Assembly (NCBI RefSeq): GCF_013076305.1
Contig: NW_027019640.1
Span: forward strand, 4,938,378-5,002,377
Direction: 5' to 3'
DNA length: 64,000 nucleotides
DNA from: Rhopilema esculentum
Lineage: Eukaryota
The notes below the pieces were generated by a model that was given only the letters and a program-made list of their open reading frames with translations, did no database searches and was not told where the DNA came from. This document shows, piece after piece, positions 39,101-49,300 of the stretch (position 1 is the first letter of the stretch; every line of letters starts with the position of its first letter). Position numbers and translations under genes: made by a program.

Positions 39101-41542
39101 CAGTATCAATGGCTGCAAGGGTGGTCCCTTTTCCAAGCAGTCGTTAAGTGAAGGGTCCTCTGGGCTGGATCTTGCCGAGCAGTCGTACACAATTCGCATT
39201 TTAGTAGACTCAGCATCTTCCCTGATAACTGGTTGGTGGGGCACATAATGGATGATTTTACCACTTGGTTCTTCTGGAATTGATTCCAAAATCCCTTCTT
39301 TGACTTGTGCTTCCATCACCTCGTGGTACTCTTCCAGTTTCCCCAGCTTTTCCAACCGTCTTGTTGTACTGTGCAACCTGGCCACAGCAAGCGTCTTGTT
39401 TGTTGGCAACTGGACATGATCTTCTTTCCACGGCAGTCTAGTAGAATAAGTGCCATCACCTAGTCGTTGTAGGCTTCCTTTGAAGGCTTCATGAAAACCA
39501 TCTCCCGGTCCACTGTCTGTGTCTGCCAACCCTAGAACTTCTATTGAGCACATTTTTTCAAATTCTTCCTTTGGGGATAGCATCAAGAAGATCTTCTCTG
39601 TTCCTCCCTCAGTGTCCACGGTTCTTCCAGTCAGGGTCCATCCAAGCATAGTGAATTCTGCCCCGGGGTCGGCATCAGGATTTGGTCCAAGCACTGGAGG
39701 CTCTGTAGTCTTGATTCGTTGAAAATCTGCAGCACCCAAGATGATATGGATCGGTAGCCTATCTTCTTCCATATTTTCATCACCGAAAGTCAAACCTCTG
39801 AATCTGCTATACTTTGCCTTCAATGCCTTGATTCTTGGGTTGGGCAAGTATGTTAGAGTATCCTTCTCTCCGTTGATACACTTTAGGTCCAAGCAGAAAC
39901 CATCAACCACATTGGACTGTACCGTGACCTTGAATATTTGCACTCTTCTTTTTACGGTGCCATACATCTGCTCAATGTTCTTTGTCTCAACACCCACTGG
40001 CTTCAACCGTAGCTGCGTTATGAGGCTGGTGCAGATATACGAACTGCTTGATCCACTGTCCACCATAATACGTGCTGGTATTCCATTTACTTTGGCCAAA
40101 ATTGTCGCATGAAGGGTAGTTGTGACATCTAGTGCTCTCTTGCCCATCTCAGATTGCTGGTTCGCATTTTCTTCTCTACTCAGCGTCGTCGCATCGCATA
40201 AGGAGGTGTGGTGTCGCCTATCGCACTTTCTACACCCTCTGGATCTGCACTTGGAAGCTGTGTGCCCATAGCCAGTGCAATTAAAACAGAGCCTTTTGTT
40301 CTTCACAATCTCTCGCCTTCGAGCCAAATCAAGTACCTTCTGACAGTCTGAACTTTTGTGATTGTTGTAGTCGCAGTAGACACAACTGTTTTGTTTTCCC
40401 TTTGCTCTGTCCATTGTGTTTGCTAACATCATTTTGTCTCGTGGCTTCCACTCTGCTTGGTAGTCGCTAGACCTCTTCTTGGTACCACCAATTTCACTAA
40501 CTGGTAACGGATGTCTGTCGATGTATTTCTCCAGATTTTCCACAAGTTCCTGTAGGTCCCAATTTTCCCAGTCATCATCCTTCTGAATCAAAGATTCTTT
40601 CACCGATCCAAGCTTATCAACTAGCGTGTAGACATAGCTTTGGGCGCTATCCAGCTTCTTCATGGTCACCAGAGTGCGGACAATCCTTGCCAATTTGTTG
40701 TAGAAATCGTGGATCTTCGCAGTGTTGTGAATGCTTGAAATTGATTCCAGCCCTTCAAGCTCCTTGATTAAAGCTTTGTGTATTTTGATGTCCTTGCCAT
40801 AGGTCTTTTGCAGGATCCTTTTAGCTTCCTCGTAGCCATCTGCAGTGTGGGGTAGGCCCAGGATGTCCTCTTTAGGTTTCCCGTCTAGCAATTCTAGCAA
40901 GTAATTAAACTTACTGATTTCTGCAATGCATGATGCATCCACTTCTACCATAAACTGATTCCAAAATCGGAGCCAGTCCTTGTAATCTCCCTTGAATGGA
41001 GTGATCGTGTACTTCTGAAGTTTCACCGACTGCTGCTGCGGCTTGACATGTACATCTTCCTCTTTTCGCTTCTTTGCCAGTTCCATCTCCATTTCCAATT
41101 TTTTATTGTACCATCGCTCCTCTCGTTCTTGTTCACGGATTTTTGCCTCTTCCTTTTCTTGTTCCCGTCTTCTGTCAATTGATGCTTTTTCTTCTATAAG
41201 TCGCCGTTGGTGCTTCAGCTCGTCTTCTTTCTTCTGTTCTGTCTCTCTTCGTCTAAAGCCATCCAGCTCTTCTTTTAGCCTTTTCCTCATGTTTCGGAAT
41301 TCTTTGATTTTTTCCTTCTGCTCTTTGTTCCATTCCCGTACTTGATCGATTGTCCTCTCCTCAGCAAGCATTTCCTCTGTGATTTTGTCTTTTGAGATTT
41401 CCAGTTTTCTTGTGATTTCGCAGACTCTTTCATAGGCCACCTCTATTTCCTCCTTTTCTCCTGACTCCAAAGCCTCTTGAACGTCTTCCAACACGATTTT
41501 ACCAGTTGTTAGTTCTTGGTTGTATTTTTCCTCAGCTGCCAT
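36167..41542 (-). CDS. Gag-Pol polyprotein, 1791 aa, no internal stops or frameshifts
   Basis: Longest ORF in the ORF track. Domains in order: N-terminal charged coiled-coil; three CCHC zinc knuckles (CVYCDYNNHKSSDC, CFNCTGYGHTASKC, CRKCDRRHHTSLC); aspartic protease MVDSGSS; RT with YVDD; RNase H (FADASK); integrase HHCC (H..H...C..C) and DDE residues (GVDFAG, VSDNG, FFERLIG). Confidence 0.9.
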   Translation of the reverse strand: MAAEEKYNQELTTGKIVLEDVQEALESGEKEEIEVAYERVCEITRKLEISKDKITEEMLAEERTIDQVREWNKEQKEKIKEFRNMRKRLKEELDGFRRRETEQKKEDELKHQRRLIEEKASIDRRREQEKEEAKIREQEREERWYNKKLEMEMELAKKRKEEDVHVKPQQQSVKLQKYTITPFKGDYKDWLRFWNQFMVEVDASCIAEISKFNYLLELLDGKPKEDILGLPHTADGYEEAKRILQKTYGKDIKIHKALIKELEGLESISSIHNTAKIHDFYNKLARIVRTLVTMKKLDSAQSYVYTLVDKLGSVKESLIQKDDDWENWDLQELVENLEKYIDRHPLPVSEIGGTKKRSSDYQAEWKPRDKMMLANTMDRAKGKQNSCVYCDYNNHKSSDCQKVLDLARRREIVKNKRLCFNCTGYGHTASKCRSRGCRKCDRRHHTSLCDATTLSREENANQQSEMGKRALDVTTTLHATILAKVNGIPARIMVDSGSSSSYICTSLITQLRLKPVGVETKNIEQMYGTVKRRVQIFKVTVQSNVVDGFCLDLKCINGEKDTLTYLPNPRIKALKAKYSRFRGLTFGDENMEEDRLPIHIILGAADFQRIKTTEPPVLGPNPDADPGAEFTMLGWTLTGRTVDTEGGTEKIFLMLSPKEEFEKMCSIEVLGLADTDSGPGDGFHEAFKGSLQRLGDGTYSTRLPWKEDHVQLPTNKTLAVARLHSTTRRLEKLGKLEEYHEVMEAQVKEGILESIPEEPSGKIIHYVPHQPVIREDAESTKMRIVYDCSARSSPEDPSLNDCLEKGPPLQPLILNILLRNRMLPLCITGDIKKAFLQIKLDPADRDSQRLVWYNNLEERKMIAYRFTRVIFGSAPSPYILGATLENHLSQYTKRFPETVEALLKNTYVDDVQFGSHKEEDLLKFKAEATQILQEGGFDLHKWHSNVPEAEVPTPEKNVSTSVEEDSTTYAKTEVGTKSCETKILGIPWNKKNDELTISLSRCAETGNDGVLTKRKMLSVINGVFDPLGLASAVIITAKLLYSQVCKEKLAWDEEIKSKVAALWKNWIKKLIKRPSLSVSRSVIQGKVAYITLHGFADASKMAVAACVYVVAYYNDQEPSQHLLTAKARVAPEKSIPRLELIAAHTLSKLVACVKKALEDYQIEEIHGWVDSTTVLHWLKGKGTWRQFVRNRVKAINDSDIEEWHYVPTGENPSDLGSRGVEPTQMESFWFHGPQWLSSKEDWPVQPEIGESKETEAEKLPKKERLMLAKEEKVVTNAVKDLLEKHTLWKTLRITALVLRFVTNCRRQEKQTGMLTAEEIESAEMFWIREVQQAKEIRPDVPLKKDPLGIWRCHGRVPDYNPIFLPRSNTYVERLIEQCHRRMLHGGVSVTMSCIRERFWVPKLRTLVKKVIHNCDKCKRFRVQGLAAPSNSQLPSFRSQMTDPFACTGVDFAGPITYRVSKKTVGKAYIALFTCATTRAVHLKLCRDLTAEEFQRAMKEFIARRGTPKLMVSDNGKTFIATKKWLSRLKKNEELMNYLATDKIKWRFNLSRAPWWGGFFERLIGTMKRSLAKVIGRSILKFAELEEALLDIECVMNNRPLSYQGEEFETPVITPNILIRGQPAHMLQEDLHKIGDEETLPKRMVFLAKSKEQLRKRWLGEYLYALEERKLKQNGSHVEIPNNGKVVLLKEDTKNRAQWRIGRVAGKIIGRDGVVRGLKIKLGNGYIVERPLQLICDLEVGGENCAVDVQLNPKAQEFRPRESLPRKARNDAKNQMAAVKIHEDQEDLEDGY
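36443..37420 (-). other. Integrase (aa ~1375–1700): HHCC zinc finger plus DDE catalytic core
   Basis: CHRRMLHGG...HNCDKCKRF (HHCC); D in TGVDFAGP, D in MVSDNGKTF, E in GGFFERLIG. Confidence 0.65.
37913..38305 (-). other. RNase H region (aa ~1080–1210)
   Basis: GFADASKMAVAACVY ... LELIAAHTL ... positioned between RT and IN; assignment by position and motif pattern only. Confidence 0.5.
38663..39265 (-). other. Reverse transcriptase core (aa ~760–960); YVDD at nt 38813–38824
   Basis: Motifs LPLCITGDIKKAFLQI, YRFTRVIFGSAPSP and NTYVDDVQFG match RT boxes. Confidence 0.7.
39743..40105 (-). other. Aspartic protease region (aa ~480–600), catalytic D495-S-G
   Basis: Motif IMVDSGSSSSYI upstream of RT; the retropepsin-like DSG motif. 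Confidence 0.6.
40196..40384 (-). other. Gag nucleocapsid region: three CCHC zinc knuckles (aa 387–449)
   Basis: C-X2-C-X4-H-X4-C spacing, three copies; coordinates derived from aa index. Confidence 0.7.
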
Positions 41543-41570
41543 TTTGCCCTTGATATCCTTGTCTTTGATG

Positions 41571-41590
41571 TGGTCCTGGCAGGGTCGCCA
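41571..41590 (-). other. Primer-binding site candidate: TGGCGACCCTGCCAGGACCA in element orientation, 7 nt from the 5' LTR
   Basis: Reverse complement of tggtcctggcagggtcgcca. It begins with TGG and is complementary to a tRNA-like 3' end ...GTCCTGGCAGGGTCGCCA, lying between the LTR end and the Gag ATG at 41542. Confidence 0.5.
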
Positions 41591-41597
41591 CTTTTAG

Positions 41598-42025
41598 TGT
41601 GGGGAATCTCGTAAGGTCGTAGTTAAGGCCCTGTTACCTGAATCAAATTCCCAGTGACACTAAAGAAAACTCACTTTCGTTGGTTATGATGATTATTATG
41701 CTCACAGAATGACATTCTTACGTGAGGCAACCTCAAACCCTCTCTCTTTTACTGATAGTTGCGCTCAATTTATACAATTTTCTAAATAGCCCTGGTCATG
41801 GAAACCAGGTCAAAACAAAACCAAACATTACGTAATTTTCTAAAGCTAAAATAGATCTAAGTACAAATCAAAACAAAGCAATCGATATTGCGTCAGACAA
41901 GCAATTTGTAGCGTTGGTTGCAAAACAAAGAAACCACGGTTGACGACAGCGTGCGTTAAGTCTAATACTGTCCCTGACGAAATATATCGTTTTAAGCGAT
42001 TACCTAACTTTTAAGATTTACCACA
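41598..42025 (-). repeat. 5' LTR in element orientation (428 bp), TGTGGGG...TTACCACA
   Basis: Direct repeat of 35707–36136, differing by a 2-bp indel (ctctctaactttt vs ctctctctttt); TG...CA termini. Confidence 0.85.
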
Positions 42026-43599
42026 ACGGAAAGGTCAAATAGCACACAAGTTGCCTAAGGGTATGAAGAGTTTTCACAAACAAAAGCCCCTGAAGGACAA
42101 AATTTCAGTAACATTGGTTATATTCTTGTAGAATGGAAATATGCAAAACGTAAGGAAGGTGGCCATAACGAATAGCTAACAATATAAATTCAGGGCGAAT
42201 AATAAATAGTACAAAAGCCCCTCGAAATTTTAACTCTGATTAACTTTGAGTTGATAATAATTTTTCTCCAGTTACTCCAATAATGCTGTTTCTGCTATTC
42301 CACAAATTGATTTTCGTAATGCTAGACATTTGTTGCCATTACAGACAGTAGGTATGCTTTTGTGCTTCGCTCGTATCTTGTTTTTTCTGAACAGAGAGTT
42401 TCCGAGTAGTGCAATTTTTTTAGAGGAAATTGCTAGTTAAAACAGTTACTAATCTGAGTAATTTTAGCTGTTATTGCAGGCTAATTGTAGCTGATAAGAT
42501 AAGAGACAGATAGCCAATGACCTCCCATCTGTACTTCAATTTACAACTTTCAACCGGCTTGCGAGACCTAGAAGTGTTTGTAAATGTAAAAGACCATTGT
42601 AAATGTTTTCTGGTCGCAGACGTGTAGCCAAATAATCGATTATGCAACGTACTTGGGTTCTTCTTAGGAAAGTTGATTTCGATAAGTCAGTAAATGGGTG
42701 GGCTAGGCTGATGGGCCTAAACCCCGAATAAGTAGCACGCAATAGCTACTCCTTTCTTGATGTTATCGCTATAGAGTGGCGGAGTGCGACGTCATCTATT
42801 TTTAAATTTAAGAATTCTGACTCTATATCCTAAAAGAACACCACGAAATACCTCTTAATGTGCAAAATCAGTTGACAGAGTACAGAAAACATGACGGTTC
42901 TACGGCTGTGAAGAAGGCCATGTCATGTATAACCTCAAAAGAGTGATAAAAGTGAGAAGAATTTACTGTTGCCCTGGAAAATTTTTAGGAAGGTATAAAG
43001 TGCAAAAGAATCTTCCGCGGGGAGGTTGAGGTATTTTCTGAACTCTGACAGTTGAATCTGTTTGGAATCCACTGCGCTATTGGCACATGTGCACGTGCCC
43101 TTTCCCCAGGTTTTAATATCTATGAACCAGACAAAAAACAGTGTGCATGTTATGTGTAATTATGTTTTCAAGTTCTAAAGTTCATAATCTACCCTTCAGT
43201 GTTGACCGTCGCAACTAACATCGTATGATATCGCTCTTAGTATAGATTATTTTAATTACGAATTCTGTCTAGGTATTTTCGTGTTCTGCAATTAAATCAA
43301 ACTGTAAACCCCTTGCTCTTTGTGGGCAAAAGGTCGGCAGCAGTTACCCCCCTTCCACTTTCAAATCAAGATGTTTCGTTGGGCTAGATTTATACCATAC
43401 GCATTCAATTGATTCAAAAATTTCCATATTTATCCCAATCCCAAGCTAACTGAATGTTATCAAATGCGACAATGCGGTGGAAATCGACAGAGAACAGAAA
43501 TTTCGTGGTATTTTTTCCATTGATTTGAAAGCCTATAATGCGTACGGTACACAAGCATCGTTAAAAACAATGGTTTGTATTTTATTTGCATGGGGCAAG

Positions 43600-43830
43600 T
43601 GTTCCCCGTGGGAGCTTCACCTATACTCGTTACCAGGCCTCTGTGGCCTCGTTGGATCCACTCTGTCGGTGCCTTTCGCATGCGCAGACGCTACCCACGT
43701 TCTCTTCATCATTCGCCATACTTGTTCGTTGAACTACAGTGTGGGATTTGGTGTCAGTCGTCTTTTTGACGCTCACTCCAAATTGTTCAATAAAAAGCTA
43801 TAAAAAGTACAAAAAAAGTTTAAAATTTAA
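43600..43830 (+). promoter_or_regulatory. PABPC: Candidate PABPC promoter: CpG-containing island with a GCATGCGCA (NRF1-half-like) motif and a TATAAAAAG box at ~43799
   Basis: Local CpG enrichment (cgttggatccactctgtcggtgcctttcgcatgcgcagacgctacccacg) in an otherwise CpG-poor region, then gctataaaaagtacaaaaaaagtttaaaatttaaaaa (A-rich). Confidence 0.3.
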
Positions 43831-43953
43831 AAACTCGTTATAAAAATACGCTTATCGACAAGGAGTCGACTGAAACAAAAGGAAACTCGGAGTAAAGCAG
43901 AACAACCCCGGACCACATCAACGCGCTCACGGCCTAACATACTGCTTGAACAG
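43830..43953 (+). other. PABPC: Candidate non-coding first exon (5' UTR) of PABPC with A-rich tracts, ending at donor CAG|GTATCT at 43954
   Basis: aaacaaaaggaaactcggagtaaagcagaacaacc...cttgaacag|gtatcta. The PABP 5' UTR is known to carry A-rich autoregulatory sequence. An alternative first exon 44005–44098 carries a long pyrimidine tract (ctctttattttttcttgtttg, TOP-like) and donor cgcag|gtttaa. Inference only. Confidence 0.25.
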
Positions 43954-44434
43954 GTATCTATCTTTTAACACTAAACTTACATTAAGCGCTTAACTACTTG
44001 TTTTTGCTCTTTATTTTTTCTTGTTTGATCAAAGCTCGTGTTGTTGGCTTTTTAGTTTCTTCACGTTTGTAGCCGCCAAGTAACAGGAAGAATCGCAGGT
44101 TTAATTTCAGAACGAACGAAACTGAACAGGGAACGGCTTATTCATATTCATCTAATTTGTTACGAAAGTGTTAAAATATTCCTACTGTATATTCGAGTCT
44201 AGGTTTTTTATGTTACAAAATAACTGACACTTTGTTAAGGATGTTTTGTCTTGTGTTGAATGATTTGTCTTGACATCAAGCAACAGTAAGGAAAAGTTTT
44301 CAAATTGGCGACAAAAAAGCGTGTGAAGCCATCACAGTTAAACTTTTGGTGTCTGCCATCATGTGCAACGACTCTAATTAACATTTTCTTCGTAGTATCT
44401 AATTTTAAGGGATTTTAAGAAAGAAAGCTAAACT

Positions 44435-46047
44435 AATTCTTGTCAATTTACACAGATTCTTCATTTTTCACGAATAAGGCTATATTCCTATAGATGTTAA
44501 TGCATCTAGTCATTGTATGCATTTCTTAGGCTTTCAAATATAGGTGTTTAAGTTTTAAAAGGGACTCTTAGACCAAATCAATAAAGGATTACCCCAGTGG
44601 CAATCAACTCAAGATCCAAAAATCATTGCCAAAATTACTTGGAACATCCAACACTTTGTCCTGTGCTTTTCTATTTTTCATTTGTTTTCCTGAATACTAC
44701 TACTTCAGCCTCCCCTTCCCCCAAAAATCAAACTAGCCACAAGAAAAAACACACTCCATAACCCCTTTTTTCTATCGTATATCAACATTGTTCCTAAGAG
44801 AGAGGGTGATGGCTGAATTTGCCTTTGAAAACTGATGTTAGTGTTCCAAGATGATCTATGCCCTTAAGACTCAAAATGAACTATATATAGTTGTAAACGC
44901 AAAATAGGTCCTCTTCCCCCCAGAGATGAGCACTGATGTAGTCAGAAATGATATATTTGTGTTGCTCAGTGCCATGTCCCAAAAGTAAGAATGCACTAAC
45001 TGGGTGCCAGAACCCTTGCAAACATAAAAAAATATTCTGGTGTCTAAATTATCTAAGGCTCTGCCTGTCACAAATCTGTGGTGTTAGAGGCCTCAATCCC
45101 TGTTAATTCCATCTTTCAGATTTCAGAATAATTTTTCTTTGAAATATTTGCATGATAAAATGGTATATATATATACATGTTAATCTTTATATATATAATT
45201 GAAAAAGGTTAATTTAGACAGCATACATTTTGTTTAGCTGTCTGTTAAATAAGTGTTTTTAGTTTGTCAATTCTTGTCAATTTACACAGATTCTTCATTT
45301 TTCACGAATAAGGCTATATTCCTATAGATGTTAATGCATCTAGTCATTGTATGCATTTCTTAGGCTTTCAAATATAGGTGTTTAAGTTTTAAAAGGGACT
45401 CTTAGACCAAATCAATAAAGGATTACCCCAGTGGCAATCAACTCAAGATCCAAAAATCATTGCCAAAATTACTTGGAACATCCAACACTTTGTCCTGTGC
45501 TTTTCTATTTTTCATTTGTTTTCCTGAATACTACTACTTCAGCCTCCCCTTCCCCCAAAAATCAAACTAGCCACAAGAAAAAACACACTCCATAACCCCT
45601 TTTTTCTATCGTATATCAACATTGTTCCTAAGAGAGAGGGTGATGGCTGAATTTGCCTTTGAAAACTGATGTTAGTGTTCCAAGATGATCTATGCCCTTA
45701 AGACTCAAAATGAACTATATATAGTTGTAAACGCAAAATAGGTCCTCTTCCCCCCAGAGATGAGCACTGATGTAGTCAGAAATGATATATTTGTGTTGCT
45801 CAGTGCCATGTCCCAAAAGTAAGAATGCACTAACTGGGTGCCAGAACCCTTGCAAACATAAAAAAATATTCTGGTGTCTAAATTATCTAAGGCTCTGCCT
45901 GTCACAAATCTGTGGTGTTAGAGGCCTCAATCCCTGTTAATTCCATCTTTCAGATTTCAGAATAATTTTTCTTTGAAATATTTGCATGATAAAATGGTAT
46001 ATATATATACATGTTAATCTTTATATATATAATTGAAAAAGGTTAAT
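44435..46047. repeat. Tandem duplication (~1.93 copies of an 834-bp unit: 779-bp block, 53-bp element, 779-bp block) in the presumed PABPC 5' intron
   Basis: Blocks 44435–45213 and 45269–46047 appear identical. The identical minus-strand ORFs 44871–45071 and 45705–45905 are 834 bp apart. The 53-bp separator also occurs at 51264–51316. Confidence 0.8.
45216..45268. repeat. 53-bp element agacagcatacattttgtttagctgtctgttaaataagtgtttttagtttgtc; second copy at 51264–51316 (PABPC intron 5)
   Basis: Exact or near-exact duplicate; contains a hairpin agacagc…gctgtct. Confidence 0.6.
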
Positions 46048-46563
46048 CTTGTTATCAGTTGCTTTTGAACAATATTAGCTATATATATGTTAGTTGAAGA
46101 TAGTTCCTATAAATGTGATTTTAAAAGATATTGAGTCAAATATGCTAAGAGATGTCTTATAAAAAACTACCCTATACATAAAGTTTCTTATGTAAAAGCA
46201 GACATTCATTGTTAAGAAAACCTTGATAAATTTTCTGTACTTATAATTTGTGCTAAGGCACATTCAGAAGTGGTAAAACATTATTTGTGCCTTGCGGTTT
46301 TGTCAGCTTTTGGTCTCTGTTTATATTGCTGGAAGGCTGGTTACGATTTCAAGCTTTACCATGTAAGCTTTTAACCAAATTTGAATAAATGACAGTGCTT
46401 TTACTCATTAGCCCTTTTTGTAATTGTATGAGAAAAATCAGACAATAATCTTTTAGGATATGATGTTAGTTTGACTCAAGTTAAACATGCAATTTATGTT
46501 AACTTTAAATTATGTTTGTGATCTTTCTTTTCAGTATCACATAGCAAAGTCAAGTTCCTGTAA

Positions 46564-46854
<291 letters not shown>

Positions 46855-47253
46855 TGAAAATTTTTCAATTTGTTTTGCACTGGATGAAAAAATGTTATGT
46901 ATATGAACATATATTTATTACCATTGCATTGTCAATGCTGAATTAACAGTACTTGATGTTCAGTAGCACAGAGGAATTGATATAGTAGAAGTTAGGCTAA
47001 AAATAAATAATTAAAACTAAATATGTTTGCTGTTACTCAGAGTTTTGTGCTTGTGCACTCATCAGGCAGGCTTCAATACTAATAGGCTGCCTGTTTGATA
47101 TATATATAAGACTAGTTATTATTGCTCTTTATAGTAAATGTAGTTGTCTTGATTGTCTCTAGGTTTACAGGTATCTTTTGCAATGCTTTTATTATATACC
47201 ATTATTTGTGCAAAAATTGCCCTACAGAGTTAATTTACACGTAACTTAAATGA

Positions 47254-47607
<354 letters not shown>

Positions 47608-47678
47608 TAAGTTATGCTGATATTCATGGCTAATTGAGCATACTCTCTATCACTTAAGGCTCTCATTTTTGTCAAATA

Positions 47679-48139
47679 CAGTAGAAACCCGCATTAAAGA
47701 ACCTGTCTTTATAAGAACCTTGAGTCTGAAATTTAATCAATTTTAAAAACCCCCAAGAGGCTGAAGTTTGGAAAGGTTCTCAAATATATATATATATAAG
47801 AAAAAGGGTTTTTAGAATTGTATTTTTACACCCTATTCACACTGGCAAATTGAACCAGCTAAGAGTAAATTAGATTATGGTATGTTACATTCTAATTAGA
47901 CAATCTAACAACACAAATTCATTTTATTGGCTTGAAATTTAACATAAAAACAAAGCTGGTTCAAGTGTTTCTGTTGGAATTCTTGCTGTGGAAAACATTG
48001 TTAATGTGTTCAAGGCCTTTACATATACAAGAACCTTGTTAAGAACCTTCAGACTAGAATTAAGAATAGCAGCCTATTAATTAAGAACCTATTCAGGCTG
48101 TCAGAAAAAACATATGTTCTTTTATGCGGGTTTCTACTG
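47679..48139. mobile_element. Tc1/mariner-like MITE (461 bp) in PABPC intron 2, with 26-bp TIRs and TA target-site duplication
   Basis: TIRs CAGTAGAAACCCGCATTAAAGAAC (47679–) and GTTCTTTTATGCGGGTTTCTACTG (–48139), one mismatch. Flanked by TA (47677–47678 and 48140–48141). Internal subterminal AAGAACCT repeats. No ORF. Confidence 0.6.
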
Positions 48140-48320
48140 TAAATATTTTGTCAAACACACTACCTTGGGAATGTTTTCCAAAAAAATTATCATCAATGAA
48201 ACGGCAGTAATTTTAATGCCAAGTACTTTATAACTTATTCTTGTAGAGATGATATATATATGCATAATGCACTTATTGTAAGAGTCTACAATGTTGCGAA
48301 CCTAAACATTTTTTTTCTAG

Positions 48321-48555
48321 GTTTGTGGGCCCTTTCATCTCAAAAAAGGAGCGAATGGAAAAATTTGGTGATATGCCTAAGAGATTTAAGAATGTTTTCG
48401 TCAAGAACTTTGGTGAGATGGTTGATCACGAAGAATTAAAAGAAATTTTTTCACAGTTTGGAGCTATCACAAGTTGTATAGTTATGACTGATGAAACTGG
48501 AAAGAGTCGGGGTTTTGGTTTTGCTGCTTATGAAGATCATGAATCTGCTGAAAGA
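48321..48555 (+). CDS. PABPC: PABPC exon 3 (RRM2/RRM3 region)
   Basis: (V)FVGPFISKKERMEKFGDMPKRFKNVFVKNFGEMVDHEELKEIFSQFGAITSCIVMTDETGKSRGFGFAAYEDHESAER. Acceptor tttctag; donor GTAAGT at 48556. Confidence 0.9.
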
Positions 48556-49300
48556 GTAAGTTTTGGCTAAATGCAGTTCATGCATTTGTTATATCCTCTT
48601 TGTTGATATGCTTTGTGCAATTCTCAAATATAAAAGTTATATATATATATATATTGTACAGTTGAAAAGACGTGTACACTAGTAAAAATGCAAATTTTGC
48701 CGACTAGTTTCGACTTTCTGTCGTATTCATGGCAATCAACTGATTCCAATTACATAAAGCATATCTAAATATAGGCTATTCTAATGTGACGTTTCATTGT
48801 TTATTAATATGATGTAAGACCTCACCCCAGAAATAAAGTCTGTTGTTTGACAAAATGCACGAATGAATTGGGAAAACGAGGTTATGAAATGTATTGCCCT
48901 ATATAGGGCTATTGAGTTCCATGTTTAACCCAAGCGGACTTAGGGTTTTCAGTTTTTTTATCCAAAAGTCTTCTCGTCGTTGCAATCGAGATCTTAAGAG
49001 TTCCTTGTCGCCTTCAAGAGACTTAAGCTGTTCAATTATATATTATAAATTTCGCGTCATTATTGAAGTTGTGGGAAGTGTTGTTAAAATGTTGGCAAAC
49101 TGGTATTGATGCTGATTTACTTGAGTCTTTTCGGTGGTTGTTTATTCGTAGATTAACTTGTGTTTCTGATTAACCAATGTATTGTAAACCGCATTTTATA
49201 CATTCTAGTAGATAGATCACAAAGTTACTTTTGCAGTTAACCTTATGTCGGATCACAAAATCTATATATATATATATATATATATATTAATATTATATAA

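Larger units (their letters stand above)
35707..42025 (-). mobile_element. Complete LTR retrotransposon, BEL/Pao-like, with a single Gag-PR-RT-RH-IN ORF. Apparently young and intact.
   Basis: Two ~430-bp direct repeats (35707–36136 and 41598–42025) start with TG and end with CA and flank a 5.4-kb uninterrupted minus-strand ORF. The domain order PR-RT-RH-IN with a YVDD RT motif, the Gag motif FKGDYKDWLRFWNQF (DUF1759-like) and a GW.L.G motif in the protease region are typical of BEL/Pao. A PBS, PPT and 4-bp TSD are present. Confidence 0.85.

Noticed and set aside
36510-41345. Numerous 60–123-aa ORFs on both strands inside the retrotransposon (e.g. 38430–38798 +, 39741–40112 +, 41043–41345 +, 36510–36767 −)
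   Set aside because: Alternative-frame or antisense ORFs overlapping the 1791-aa Gag-Pol CDS; Ser/Cys-rich low-complexity translations.
44871-45905. Two identical 66-aa minus-strand ORFs (MTGRALDNLDTRIFFYVCKG…)
   Set aside because: Their identity is a by-product of the 834-bp tandem duplication. No motif, splice context or codon-bias evidence indicates a gene.
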